From an uncultured delta proteobacterium (GTDB lineage: Bacteria > Myxococcota_A > Polyangia > Polyangiales > B10-G4): a stretch of DNA of 64,000 nucleotides. Below the pieces are notes generated by a model. That model saw only the letters and a list, made by a program, of their open reading frames with translations. It searched no databases and was not told the DNA's origin. Shown here in pieces: positions 18,384-27,954 of this stretch; within the stretch, counting starts at the first letter, position 1; each line of letters begins with the position of its first letter. The stretch lies in the NCBI GenBank assembly GCA_963727445.1, contig CAVSGI010000021.1, positions 192,001-256,000 of the forward strand, read 5' to 3'. Both the position numbers and the translations under genes were made by a program.

Positions 18384-19694
18384 CTACAGCGCCTCGGGCT
18401 GCCCCCAGACCCGCGTCAGCTCGCTGAGCGTGGCGTAGACCACCGGGCCGTGATCGCTCTCGGCGAGGTAGCCGTCGATGTAGTCGAGGGCGCCTTCGAG
18501 GCGGGCGTGATAGCGGTCGAAGCTCGGCGGGTGGTAGCCGATGGAGTACTGCCGCGGCGCTTCGAGTGCGCTTCCGTCGAAGTTCGCGTGGAACATCTCG
18601 ATCATCTGGTCGGTGGTGACGTAGTCGCTGAGGATGCCGTTGTCGGGGACCTCGAGGATGCCGAGATGCGGCGCGGCGTCGGCCAGGATGTCGAAGGTCG
18701 ATGGGTAGTAGGGCTGGCTCGTCTCGTCGATCGTCGCCCAGTGCTCCATGTTCCACTCGAAGAGGTCCGCGCCGGGATAGCCCGCCCACTCGGCCTCGAG
18801 GGGACGCCAGTTGTTGGCGCTCGTGTCGGCGACGAAGCCGGCGCTCTCGAGCGCGCGGAGCGTGTGGAGCTCGAGGGACCAGCCACCTGCGCGAAACGAG
18901 GTCGGCGCGTCGAGCCCATGGTCGACGAAGAGCGCGACGGCATGCTCGAGGATCGTCGTGTACTCCTCTTCGCTGTACGCGCTCGAGCGCACGGTGTAGC
19001 CGTCGCCGCGCCAGCTGTCGGCGTAGGCGGGCTCGGTCCGGCAGGTGACGCCCGCGTCCTCGACGAAGTGACAGTAGGGATGGATGTGCAGACCGATCTC
19101 GTCGCCGTCCGCTTCCCGGTGGCCCTGGAGCCATTTGACGAGCCAATCGGCACGCTCGGGGGAGACGGCCGGGTCGGTGAAGGTGTAGGGGCCGAGGAAG
19201 TGCGTGACGCGAAGCTCGGGGTGCGCCTCGTAGAGCTGGTCCTGAAGCGCCATCTGCTGCTCGGTGTTGTCCGCCGTGTCCCAATCGGCCGACACCACGA
19301 GGTAGAGCGGATAGCTCACCTGGAAGTCGTGACTGGAGATCACCACGTCTCCGCTTCGGATCTCGAGGGTGTGCGCGCCGGGCTCGAGCGATGACGGCCA
19401 GAGCTGGAAGGCCGGGGCGCCTCCTTCGTCGCCGCTCTGGTCGAGGCTCGCGGTCCACGCGCCGTCGACGAAGAGCTCGGCGGCGGCTGTCGCGGGTGCA
19501 CGCACCATGAGGGGCCGCTCTTCGGTGAGCCCGTCGCCGCGGAGAAGCCAATGACGAAGTGAGGTCCCGTCCTCATCGCCCTCGTCGGCCTTGCCGCCCG
19601 TGCCGCTCGCGCCGGCTTCGTCGGGCAGGCGGGCAGCGCAGCCGGCGAGCAGAAGAAGGAGGAAAGGAAGAAGACGTCGATCGTTCGAGCCCAT
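18384..19694 (-). CDS. Lipoprotein with NodB/polysaccharide deacetylase-like domain
   Basis: Lipobox LAGC, GGKAD motif, SADWD, EIGLHIH, SFRAGGW, ILEVP. Confidence 0.82.
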   Translation of the reverse strand: MGSNDRRLLPFLLLLLAGCAARLPDEAGASGTGGKADEGDEDGTSLRHWLLRGDGLTEERPLMVRAPATAAAELFVDGAWTASLDQSGDEGGAPAFQLWPSSLEPGAHTLEIRSGDVVISSHDFQVSYPLYLVVSADWDTADNTEQQMALQDQLYEAHPELRVTHFLGPYTFTDPAVSPERADWLVKWLQGHREADGDEIGLHIHPYCHFVEDAGVTCRTEPAYADSWRGDGYTVRSSAYSEEEYTTILEHAVALFVDHGLDAPTSFRAGGWSLELHTLRALESAGFVADTSANNWRPLEAEWAGYPGADLFEWNMEHWATIDETSQPYYPSTFDILADAAPHLGILEVPDNGILSDYVTTDQMIEMFHANFDGSALEAPRQYSIGYHPPSFDRYHARLEGALDYIDGYLAESDHGPVVYATLSELTRVWGQPEAL

Positions 19695-19910
19695 GCGCTG
19701 GCCGAGCAGCAAGCGTTCGGCCAACCCGTTTTCGTTCGTGATCTCGACTCAGCTGGTGGAGGGGCCGGTTGAAGGAGAACCTCCAGTGGCCACCCCCGAG
19801 CGCACTTAATGCCCACGAAGGGAGCCCCGATGGGCTTCAGGGGTTCGCAAGGAGTCGATCCGTCAGACCTCCCGAACCCGGCAGGAACCGGAAAAAAGGA
19901 GAAAGACGAA

Positions 19911-20396
19911 ATGGCCTTCATCGACCCCAAGACCCTACTTCTCGCGGCTTCCCTCATCAGCGGTGGTGCCGTCGGCGGCGTGAGCGCGATCGATTCGAAT
20001 GCACGCGAGGGCGTCCAGGAGGCCATGGCCGCGGCGTCCGTCTCTTCCGAGGCGCTGAGCGATGAAGCCGGCGCGGACGCCGACGACGCGGGGGACGACG
20101 CGCTGGAGGCTCGACCCGGCCGCCGCGCGCGCGGCGCCACGAGCCGTGGCGCAGAGCAGCGAAGCGAGCATGCGACCGAGGCCCACGCCCGCGCCCACGC
20201 CCGCTCGCCTCTCACAAACGCAGGCGCCGAGCACCGCAGCGCCCGCGCGACCGCGGCCCTCGGGCGCGCCGTCGAACGAAAGGGCGGTGAGCGGGGTCGT
20301 GGCGAGCGGGACCGCGAGGCGCGTTCGAATGCGCGTGGGCCGCGCGTCGAGCGCGGCGCGAGTCACGCGGAGGACGGCCACGGCATGAATCGCTGA
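19911..20396 (+). CDS. Hypothetical low-complexity secreted protein
   Basis: SD AAGGAG, hydrophobic N-terminus, Ala/Arg/Glu-rich body, downstream hairpin. Confidence 0.6.
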   Translation: MAFIDPKTLLLAASLISGGAVGGVSAIDSNAREGVQEAMAAASVSSEALSDEAGADADDAGDDALEARPGRRARGATSRGAEQRSEHATEAHARAHARSPLTNAGAEHRSARATAALGRAVERKGGERGRGERDREARSNARGPRVERGASHAEDGHGMNR

Positions 20397-20427
20397 ATCC
20401 GTCAGCCTTCATCCCCCACACCTCGGT

Positions 20428-20462
20428 CGAGCCGAGCCAGCCTTCGTGGTTGGTTCGGCTCG
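20428..20462 (+). terminator. Stem-loop after the 19911 gene
   Basis: CGAGCCGAGCCAGCC-TTCGT-GGTTGGTTCGGCTCG, 15 bp with two G-U pairs; no U tail. Confidence 0.55.
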
Positions 20463-20510
20463 TGCGTCGTTGCGGGGAAGATTGTCGCGAGCCGTTTCGT
20501 ACCAGGGGCC

Positions 20511-20714
20511 GTGAACGACCGCCGCGTCACGATCATCCTCGCGTGCTTCGGCAGTGCCGGAGCCGTGGCGAGCCTCTTTGCACCGCTGCCGGAGGCGCTC
20601 AAGCTCGTCGCCTTCGTCATCCTCAGCGGCCTCTCGGGCACGCTCCTGATGGTCGCGGCCTCGCCCAAGCCGACGATGCGCAGTACGAGCGGCACCTGGC
20701 GCTTGCCGGACTGA
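20511..20714 (+). CDS. Small two-TM membrane protein
   Basis: 67 aa, two hydrophobic stretches, GC3-rich codons. Confidence 0.6.
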   Translation: MNDRRVTIILACFGSAGAVASLFAPLPEALKLVAFVILSGLSGTLLMVAASPKPTMRSTSGTWRLPD

Positions 20715-20860
20715 GCGGCACGCTTTCGAGGGGTCCTGTCAAGGACTTTCCGTCCAGTCTTCGAAGATTGGGCCACCTGGCTCAATCTTCGGCAGCCCAG
20801 AAGCGCGGCCCCACTTCTGCGTCATTCTGAGGGCGGGAGGGAGCGCCCTCCCGTACTGAA

Positions 20861-21229
20861 GTGAGGTCCCCCGTGTGGCGCTCGGTTCGTGATCCCAGCA
20901 CTGTCGATACATATCTCGAGGAAAACGGTCGTGTCGGCGCCTCCGCACAGCTGGCGGAGCTCCTGCGCTGGCTCCGCTCGAACGCGGGTGAGCGCGAGCT
21001 CTACGCCTTCACCACCCTGGGCAAGCTGAATTTCACGACCTCCTCCAACTACATGGAGGGCCACGACCATCCCCACGTGGCGGTGCTCCGGCGCGGCTCC
21101 GAGTACTCGGTGGCCTATTTTCGTCCCGGCGATCAGGTGCCCTCGGCCACCATCAACGACGTCGCCGAAGACGAGCTGATCGACACCGTGCAGCGGTTCT
21201 TGCTGCGCCTGCTGCGCGACACCCCCTAG
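20861..21229 (+). CDS. Hypothetical protein
   Basis: Globular composition, typical codon usage, convergent with the HD gene. Confidence 0.7.
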   Translation: MRSPVWRSVRDPSTVDTYLEENGRVGASAQLAELLRWLRSNAGERELYAFTTLGKLNFTTSSNYMEGHDHPHVAVLRRGSEYSVAYFRPGDQVPSATINDVAEDELIDTVQRFLLRLLRDTP

Positions 21230-21910
21230 CTAGCTCGGGCGGTCGATGGGCGTGCCCAGCTCCTGGGCGAGCTGGTCGAGGAACGCCCGCAGGAACGCCG
21301 TCCGACGCGCGGCTTCGGCGCGCCCCGCTTCGGTCTGCATCGTCTCCGTGAGGCGGAGGAGCTTCTCGAAGAAGTGGTCGACGGTGTAGGCGCGATCGTC
21401 GAGGGCGCGTGAGGCGGCCCAGGGATCGTCGGCGTGGAAGTAGCGCGCCCCCATGCGGGTGCCACAGGAGACGGTGCGCAAGACGCCGAGGGCACCGAGG
21501 GCCTCGAGCCGATCGGCGTCCTGAAGCGCCTTGCCGAGGGCGCTCCCGGGGACGGCCCCGCGGCTGTAGCTGTGGTCGCGGATCGCGTCGCAGATCTCGT
21601 CGATGGCGACGGGATCGAAGCCGTGGTGGGGTAGGAGCTCGTGCGCCCGTCCCGCCGACAGGACGGAAGCCTCGCGCCGATGGGGCGAGTCCTTGGGAAG
21701 GTTCACCACGTCGTGAAGCAGCGCGGCCGCTACCGCGCTCCTCGGGGAGACCTCGCGTCCGCCGAGGCGCACGGTCCACATCGCGACGCGCTCTGCGTGA
21801 GCGAGGTCATGACCGGGATCGTCGTCGAGCATGGCGGCGACCTCGTCGTGGAGCGCGCCGAGCTGGCCTTCGCCCCGGATGAACGCGTGGAGCTCTTGGC
21901 GGTCCTTCAT
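21230..21910 (-). CDS. HD-domain phosphohydrolase (YedJ-like)
   Basis: GHDLAHAERV, ALLHDV, HSYSRG, LQDADRLEALGA, DHFFEKLL. Confidence 0.9.
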   Translation of the reverse strand: MKDRQELHAFIRGEGQLGALHDEVAAMLDDDPGHDLAHAERVAMWTVRLGGREVSPRSAVAAALLHDVVNLPKDSPHRREASVLSAGRAHELLPHHGFDPVAIDEICDAIRDHSYSRGAVPGSALGKALQDADRLEALGALGVLRTVSCGTRMGARYFHADDPWAASRALDDRAYTVDHFFEKLLRLTETMQTEAGRAEAARRTAFLRAFLDQLAQELGTPIDRPS

Positions 21911-21927
21911 GCCGGCGTTGTAGTGCG

Positions 21928-22629
21928 TCAGGGGGAGATGTCGACCCCGAAGCGCAGACCGGCGCCGATGGTGACGTCGCGCGCCAGTACCGCGTGACCG
22001 ACCGCGAAATGCTCGCGCGCGTCGAGGCGGAGCCCGACGAAGGCTGCGCCGTAGTGCGCGGTGAGGTCGACCGTGAGATAGCCGCCTACGCCGAAGTGGT
22101 CGAAGGCGTCCGCGGCGACCGCCCGGGCGTTCCACATGTCGTCCCGCGGTCCACGGCCGCTGCCGGCATCGGCGTAGAGGCCGGTCACGCCGAGGGCACC
22201 CGAGAGATGGATGCGCCGCCGCTCGCCTCGCATGCACGGGAACTCGGTGCGAAAGACGTAGCCGACGTCGAGGTGGCCCGTGTAGAAGCCTGCGCCGTCC
22301 GCGCCGAAGAATTCACCGCCCGAGTAGGCGGCGCGCATGTCGAGGCCGTGACGGAAATAGTCGCCGTAGCCGAAGCGAAAGAGGAAGCGTGTGCCGATCG
22401 CGGCGAGGGCGCCCCCGCCGTGATCGTAGCCGTAGCCTAGCAGTGGTGCTCCCACGCCCGTGGTGCCCCGATCCATCACGCCGAGCTCCGCCCAGAGCTC
22501 GACGTCCGCGAGGGCCGGCGGCTGGTTCGGCGCCACCATCGGGTATTCCTCGGCGCGCGCCCCGGCGCTGGCGCCCGTGACCACCACGAAGAGGAGCAGC
22601 GCCGCGAGCGCCTGCACACGTCCAAGCAT
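21928..22629 (-). CDS. Secreted protein, probable outer-membrane beta-barrel
   Basis: Signal peptide ending ARA; alternating amphipathic strands; ends GLRFGVDISP. Confidence 0.65.
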   Translation of the reverse strand: MLGRVQALAALLLFVVVTGASAGARAEEYPMVAPNQPPALADVELWAELGVMDRGTTGVGAPLLGYGYDHGGGALAAIGTRFLFRFGYGDYFRHGLDMRAAYSGGEFFGADGAGFYTGHLDVGYVFRTEFPCMRGERRRIHLSGALGVTGLYADAGSGRGPRDDMWNARAVAADAFDHFGVGGYLTVDLTAHYGAAFVGLRLDAREHFAVGHAVLARDVTIGAGLRFGVDISP

Positions 22630-22768
22630 CGATCCGACCTCCATCGAGCCGCGTCGGCCCAAGCCGCCGCGCGCCCAACGTCCGGTACGGCGCCGTCCGC
22701 GCCGTATTTAGATCTTTTTCGCGGTCCTGCCGGAGCCTGGTGAATGCCGCGCTCGCCTCGAGCAACCC

Positions 22769-23539
22769 ATGGGGCTCGTGCACTGGGCAAAACGACTGTT
22801 GGCGGTCCTCGTGCTCGCGTGCGCGGCGTCGATCCAGGGCAGCACACCGGCCCAGGCTTTCGTGCTGAAGCGTGCGGACAGCGGGGCGACCGTTCGGTGG
22901 GAGGAAGGCACGGTCTGGATGCGCGTCGCGTCCGGCGCGGCCTGTGGCCCGTCGCCCGCCGAGATCGCTTCAGCCCTCGAGATCGCCGTGGAGGCGTGGC
23001 GCATCGACCTCCTGGTGCCGGACGTCGTGATCGAAGACGGTGAGCCGCCGCCACAATATGGGTACCAGCCGTCGTTCGCCGGGGAGGGCAACGGCGTGTA
23101 CGTGCTCTGCGATGCGTGGCCTTTCGACGAGACGCTCGCCGTGACGGTGGCCACCTACGCGCCCGACGGGCGCATGCTCGACGCGGACATCGTGATCAAC
23201 GGTCGACAGATGCTCGCGCTCCTCCCGGAGGGCGGCGCGCCGGTCAACGACCACGATCTCGCGTCCGTGCTCACACACGAGATGGGGCATGTGTTGGGGC
23301 TCGACGAGAGCGATCAGCCGAACGCGACCATGTGGCCGACCACGGCGCCGGGGGACACCAGCCAGCGCACCTTGAGCGCAGACGACGAGCAGGGCGTCCT
23401 CGCCATCTATGGCGATGGTGCCGCACGCCTCGCGAGCTATGGGTGCGCGGTGTCACGTGCGTCGAGCACCCGCGCCTCGAGCCTTTTCGTCTGGGTGCTC
23501 GTCCTCGCCGGCGCGTGGGCGTGGCGGCGACGCAGATGA
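22769..23539 (+). CDS. Matrixin (M10)-like metalloprotease with MYXO-CTERM tail
   Basis: Signal peptide, DADIVIN, THEMGHVLGLDES, Met-turn ATMWP, ends GCAVS...FVWVLVLAGAWAWRRRR. Confidence 0.88.
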   Translation: MGLVHWAKRLLAVLVLACAASIQGSTPAQAFVLKRADSGATVRWEEGTVWMRVASGAACGPSPAEIASALEIAVEAWRIDLLVPDVVIEDGEPPPQYGYQPSFAGEGNGVYVLCDAWPFDETLAVTVATYAPDGRMLDADIVINGRQMLALLPEGGAPVNDHDLASVLTHEMGHVLGLDESDQPNATMWPTTAPGDTSQRTLSADDEQGVLAIYGDGAARLASYGCAVSRASSTRASSLFVWVLVLAGAWAWRRRR

Positions 23540-23548
23540 GCGGCGGGC

Positions 23549-24709
23549 TCAGAGCGCCGTGCGGGTGAGCACGGCGGCGAGGCAGCGGACGGTGCCGCCG
23601 GCCATGAAGATCTCGCGGACGTCGATGGGGTGGACCGTCGCGCCGAGGGAGCGGTAGGTGTCGGCCGCGGCGCGGTCGGTCTCGAGGCCGTAGACCGGCA
23701 TCAGCACGTGCAGTCCGTCTTCGCGCCGGTCGAGCAGGACGTTGTCGTAGCCGACGTAGGCATAGGGGGTCGTGGTCGGGACCATCGGGAGGGCGAGGGT
23801 GGTGAGCCCTCTGCGCCGCAAGTCCTCGGCGACGCGGCGAAAGCGCCGTCGCGTCCCAGGCGTCTCGTCCGCGACGTAGGTGCGCTCGCCGATCTTCACT
23901 CCGCGCGGAGCCGCGCCTTCGGCGCTCCCGAAGAGGAGCTCCGAGCCCAGGAGCGGGTCGGCGTAGGCCACCACCCCGTCGCCGAGGGGCGTCACGTACA
24001 TGCCGACGTGATGGTCGGGTGCGGGGTCCTCCGCGTCGCCGAGGCGCAGGACGCGCCGCCCGGTGAGCGTCTCCAGCTCGTGCGCCAACACCGCCGGGTC
24101 GCGCGATGCATTTCGCGCTTCGAGAGGCGTCGCGTAGTAGACGAAGGTTTCGTCGGCGATCAGGTCACCCCCGTCGAAGGCGAAAGGGGCGGTGACGATC
24201 CGCGCGTCGGCGCCGAGCGCGCGGCGCAGCACCCAGGGCACGTGCCAGTCGTTCGCCCGTGCGAGCGCGCCGGCGTGGGCGTGGGGTGGAGCCACGAGGA
24301 TCGGCCGAGATGCGTCGTCCTGCAGCACGGCCATCCGATCGCGCGCCCAGTTGCTGATCACGCGGCCGACCTCCGCGTAGCGCACGCGCGGCCCGGGGCG
24401 TGACCATTCGCGCCGTGCCTCCTCGAAGATGCGCGAATCCTCGGGACCGCCCACGACGACCCAGACCATGGTGTCCGGGGTGAGCGCCGCGAAGAGCTGG
24501 CGGTACACCGGCAGAAAGGTCTCGCCGCCCGCCTCGAGATCGAATTGGATGTCGAGCTCCGAGAGGTGGCCCCCACCGGCGGTCACGATCCGGCCGCGGG
24601 GGGGCGGCCGCGGCGGGTCCGCGAGCGCGCTCCGCGCGAGCCGTCCGAGCGGCCAGGCGACGGCGATGGCGAGGACCCAGGTCGCCGCGCTTTCGACAAA
24701 TCGCTTCAC
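23549..24709 (-). CDS. Pentein (agmatine/peptidylarginine deiminase-like) protein with N-terminal anchor
   Basis: NWARD, FDGGD, DHHVG, YDN, VLMPVYG, GGTVRC; GTG start overlaps the upstream TGA. Confidence 0.75.
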   Translation of the reverse strand: MKRFVESAATWVLAIAVAWPLGRLARSALADPPRPPPRGRIVTAGGGHLSELDIQFDLEAGGETFLPVYRQLFAALTPDTMVWVVVGGPEDSRIFEEARREWSRPGPRVRYAEVGRVISNWARDRMAVLQDDASRPILVAPPHAHAGALARANDWHVPWVLRRALGADARIVTAPFAFDGGDLIADETFVYYATPLEARNASRDPAVLAHELETLTGRRVLRLGDAEDPAPDHHVGMYVTPLGDGVVAYADPLLGSELLFGSAEGAAPRGVKIGERTYVADETPGTRRRFRRVAEDLRRRGLTTLALPMVPTTTPYAYVGYDNVLLDRREDGLHVLMPVYGLETDRAAADTYRSLGATVHPIDVREIFMAGGTVRCLAAVLTRTAL

Positions 24710-25230
24710 GTCGCGGTGGGCGGGACGCGAGGGAGCTCTAGGACGGCGATGGGCTCGCTGTCGTCGGTGGCGCCGCGCCGACGGATCGTGACGCGCACGA
24801 CCCCGGCGGCCTCGAGGATCGGGTTCGGCGTCTCGGAGGGAGGCTGTTCGAGATCGAGCGGGACACGCATCGTCTCTCCCGCGGCGAGGTGGCCGTGCGC
24901 TCGGCGGCGCGCGATCTCCATCGGCGGCACGTACACCCGAGCCATCGGGCTCGTGTTCAGCACCTTGTCGCACCGCACCTCGAAGTCGAAGGTCTTCTCC
25001 TGGTCGGCGCGAAAGGTGAGGATGCCGTCGCCGATCTCCACGTGGAGACCGTCGAGGTCGGCGCTGGTGGGCAGCGCCTGGTCCCATGCGTAGAACGGGG
25101 ATGCGGGGCCCGGGGCGGGGGCCTCGTCGCCGGCTTCGGGGTCGCCTGCGATGGCGAGCCCCTCGGCGCCAGCGGTGAACGCCGCGGCCGAGATCAGGGC
25201 GAGGGCGATGCGAAGTGTGGCTCGAGTCAT
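24706..25230 (-). CDS. Hypothetical secreted protein
   Basis: SD GGAGGAG, signal peptide MTRATLRIALALISAAAF. Confidence 0.7.
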   Translation of the reverse strand: MTRATLRIALALISAAAFTAGAEGLAIAGDPEAGDEAPAPGPASPFYAWDQALPTSADLDGLHVEIGDGILTFRADQEKTFDFEVRCDKVLNTSPMARVYVPPMEIARRRAHGHLAAGETMRVPLDLEQPPSETPNPILEAAGVVRVTIRRRGATDDSEPIAVLELPRVPPTAT

Positions 25231-25346
25231 GGTCTCCTCCTCCACACGAATCTGCGCTCCGCAGCCGCCTCGCGTTGTAAGAGCCCTGTCAAAACGGGGC
25301 GCGAAGAGGACGGAAGGTTCGCCGCCGCCTCGGCGTAGAAGGCCCC

Positions 25347-26147
25347 ATGAAGTACCGCTCATTCCTCCTCGCGAGCCTGACCCTGCTCGCGCTGACCGCG
25401 TGCCAGGGCCGCGATCGGTCGCGCGCAGGCGCGCGCGACGCCATGACGCTGCCGGCGGAGGATGCCGCGATGATGGGCGACGGCGATCCCTTCACGCCGG
25501 ACGCCGCCACGCCGGACGCCGACGTGCCGGACACCGCGACCGGCGACACCGGCGCGGAGATGCGCGACTCGAGCACGCCGCCCCCCGACACCAGCGTGCC
25601 GCCGGATACGAGCGTTCCCACCTGCTCGCCGTCGGTCGGCGCGCTCGCGATCGTCGAGGTGATGATCGCGTCGCAGAGCGGGACCGATCGCGGCGAGTGG
25701 TTCGAGATCGTCAACATGGCGTCGTGCACCGTCGATCTCTCGGGCCTCGAGATCGGGAGCCCAGCCACGGACTCGACGCCGGTGACGCACACCGTCTCGG
25801 CGGGAACCGTCGCGCCGAGTGCGCACTTCGTCTTCGCTTTGAGCGGCGACCCCGCCGACAACCACGACCTGCCCTTCGACTACGTCTACGGAACCGGGAC
25901 GCGAGACGACGTCTTTCTCGGCAACTCGGGCGACGTGCTCACCATCGCTTACGGAGGCTCCGAGCTCGATCGCATCGAGTGGACGGCAGACGACTTCGTT
26001 CGTGGCATGTCGCTGTCCTTCCCGCGAGGGCTCTCGCCCGCCGACAACGCCGATCTCGCCCTCTGGTGCGACGCCACGAGCGTCTACTCCACCAGCGCAG
26101 GCGTGAGCTTCTACGGCACCCCCGGCGCCGCCAACGACGGCTGCTGA
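25347..26147 (+). CDS. Lamin-tail-domain lipoprotein
   Basis: Lipobox LTAC; IVEVM, GEWFEIVN, VDLSG, LGNSGD, GTPGAAN. Confidence 0.85.
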   Translation: MKYRSFLLASLTLLALTACQGRDRSRAGARDAMTLPAEDAAMMGDGDPFTPDAATPDADVPDTATGDTGAEMRDSSTPPPDTSVPPDTSVPTCSPSVGALAIVEVMIASQSGTDRGEWFEIVNMASCTVDLSGLEIGSPATDSTPVTHTVSAGTVAPSAHFVFALSGDPADNHDLPFDYVYGTGTRDDVFLGNSGDVLTIAYGGSELDRIEWTADDFVRGMSLSFPRGLSPADNADLALWCDATSVYSTSAGVSFYGTPGAANDGC

Positions 26148-26236
26148 GGGTGGACCCAGGTGCGCCCAGAGCGCACACCCCCACGCGTGAACGGGGCGGA
26201 TGTGTGCCACGGTGGGTCAATTAAGAGCGGATTTCC

Positions 26237-26252
26237 TGGCACGCGTCCTGCG
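26237..26252 (+). promoter_or_regulatory. Sigma-54 promoter candidate
   Basis: TGGCACGCGTCCTGCG, GG-N10-GC spacing, directly upstream of the 26267 gene. Confidence 0.55.
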
Positions 26253-26266
26253 AATGGCCGGCGCGA

Positions 26267-27337
26267 ATGGGAGCTCCCGGCCGCCTCTGCGTTCTTTCCG
26301 TGGTCATCGCGATGTCGATGGTCGCGACCGCGCATGCGCAGGAGGTTCGCTGGGAGGGCGAGTGCAGCGCTGAAGGAGCGGGCCTGCCCGGTGAGGTCGC
26401 TGCGCTCATCGGCCAGCGCGGCGACGGGCTCACGGCGGTCGCATCGGTCACGGAGGAGGGGGCGGGGCTTCATCTCACCCTTCGGCTCCTGCGCGCTGGG
26501 ACGCCGATCGGCGAGCGCGCGCTCGATGCCGCGGATTGCGGCGAGCTGCTGAGCGCGGCGGCGCTGGTGGTGGCGCTCGCCGTCGACCCGGTGGCCTCGG
26601 GGGTCGAGACTTCCTCGGCCGCCCCCGAGATCCGAACCCGTCCTGCCTCCGCGGCCCTCGCCGCTGCCCTCGCGCCGCCGCCGCAGCGTGCGGCCTCGGC
26701 GCCGCGACCCACCCGGAACGCCTCATCGAGCGCTGCGATTCGTCGTGCGCGTGCGCGCTCGGTCGCGCCCGACGCCGCGCCCGCTTCCGAGATCGCCGGC
26801 GAGGAAGAGGACGGCGCGCCCTACCGCCCGGCGCTCTCCCTCGCTGCCGGCTTCGTGCTCGACGCGGGCGCGCTTCCGAACGCCGCGCCGGGCGTCGAGG
26901 CGCGCGTCGGAATCGCCCTCGGTCCGCTCCGCCTCGAGGGTGGCGCCCGCGTCTTCTTCGAGCAACAGAGCGCGCTCGGACAGCACCCCACGGGACGCGG
27001 GCATTTCGGTATGGCCGCCGGGAGTCTCGGCGCCTGCCTGCCACTCGGCCGCGGCATGCTGGTGGTCGGTCCCTGCGTGGGCCTCGAGGTCGGCGCGATC
27101 TGGGCCTCTTCGACCGGCGTCAGCCATCCGGGCTCGGACACCGTGGCCTGGGTGGCGCCCAACGCTTCGGGCCTCTTCGCGCTCGATGTCGCCTCCTGGC
27201 TCCGCCTCCGCCTCGATCTCGGGCTGAGCGTCCCGCTCATCCACACCGAGTTCGTCGTCGACGGGATCGGGCCGGTTCATACCTCTTCTCCCATCACTTT
27301 TCGGGGGGGCCTCGGCGCGGAGGTTCGTTTTCGATGA
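26267..27337 (+). CDS. Secreted protein with small N-domain, Pro/Ala linker and C-terminal outer-membrane beta-barrel
   Basis: Signal peptide ending AHA; DCGELLSAAALVVALAVDP; amphipathic strands; ends GLGAEVRFR. Confidence 0.78.
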   Translation: MGAPGRLCVLSVVIAMSMVATAHAQEVRWEGECSAEGAGLPGEVAALIGQRGDGLTAVASVTEEGAGLHLTLRLLRAGTPIGERALDAADCGELLSAAALVVALAVDPVASGVETSSAAPEIRTRPASAALAAALAPPPQRAASAPRPTRNASSSAAIRRARARSVAPDAAPASEIAGEEEDGAPYRPALSLAAGFVLDAGALPNAAPGVEARVGIALGPLRLEGGARVFFEQQSALGQHPTGRGHFGMAAGSLGACLPLGRGMLVVGPCVGLEVGAIWASSTGVSHPGSDTVAWVAPNASGLFALDVASWLRLRLDLGLSVPLIHTEFVVDGIGPVHTSSPITFRGGLGAEVRFR

Positions 27338-27367
27338 CGGATCGCCTGCGCCCTGGCCACCCCGAAG
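27335..27367 (+). promoter_or_regulatory. Repeated motif copy 1 (putative ECF promoter)
   Basis: TGACGGATCG-N10-GGCCAC-CCCGAAG just before the ECF sigma ATG. Confidence 0.6.
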
Positions 27368-27369
27368 AG

Positions 27370-27954
27370 ATGGGCACCTCCCTGGCGGTGGATCTGCAGG
27401 TGCTCGACGCCGATTCCGGGCTTCGAGAGCGCCCCCGTCCGTCCTTCGCGGAGGTCTACGACGAGTACTTCGACTTCGTCTACCGGAGCGTGCGCCGGCT
27501 GGGCGTGGCGGACTCCACGGCGGACGACGCCGTGCAGGACGTCTTCGTGGTGGTGCACCGGCGCCTCGAACAGTTCGAAGGCCGCTCCTCCCTCAAGACC
27601 TGGCTCTTCGGGATCGCGATCCGTGTCGTGAAGGACCACCGGCGCCGCGCGCGCCGAAAGGACCAGCCCACCGAGCCGCTGCGCGAGTCGCTGGTGGACG
27701 CTCACGAGGGATGCCCGCACCAGGCCGCCCAGAAGGCCGAGGCTGTGCGTCTGCTGCACGAGATCCTGGACACCATGGATGACGACAAGCGCGCGATCTT
27801 CGTGCTGGCCGAGCTCGAGCAGATGAGCGCGCCGGAGATCGCCGAAGCGCTCGACGTCAAGCTCAACACCGTCTACTCGCGACTGCGCGCAGCGCGCGCG
27901 ATGTTCGAGATGGGCGTGAAGCGTCACAAGGCGCGCACCGGGAGGGGGGCATGA
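27370..27954 (+). CDS. ECF RNA polymerase sigma factor
   Basis: FAEVYDEYFDFVYRSVRRLGV, DDAVQDVF, LKTWLFGIA, region 4 EIAEALDVKLNTVYSRLRAAR. Confidence 0.95.
   Translation: MGTSLAVDLQVLDADSGLRERPRPSFAEVYDEYFDFVYRSVRRLGVADSTADDAVQDVFVVVHRRLEQFEGRSSLKTWLFGIAIRVVKDHRRRARRKDQPTEPLRESLVDAHEGCPHQAAQKAEAVRLLHEILDTMDDDKRAIFVLAELEQMSAPEIAEALDVKLNTVYSRLRAARAMFEMGVKRHKARTGRGA

Noticed and set aside
19790..19895. c-di-AMP (ydaO) or cobalamin riboswitch
   Set aside because: Only short fragments (CCCGAACCCG, GTCAGACCT) resemble the consensus, and the other conserved blocks are missing.
19858..20405. ATCCGTCAG direct repeat flanking the 19911 gene as a target-site duplication
   Set aside because: Only 9 bp, also occurs inside a CDS near 56078, and no mobile-element gene is present.
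21230..21910. HD domain as Cas3 or a defence nuclease
   Set aside because: Stand-alone YedJ-like protein; no helicase or cas context.
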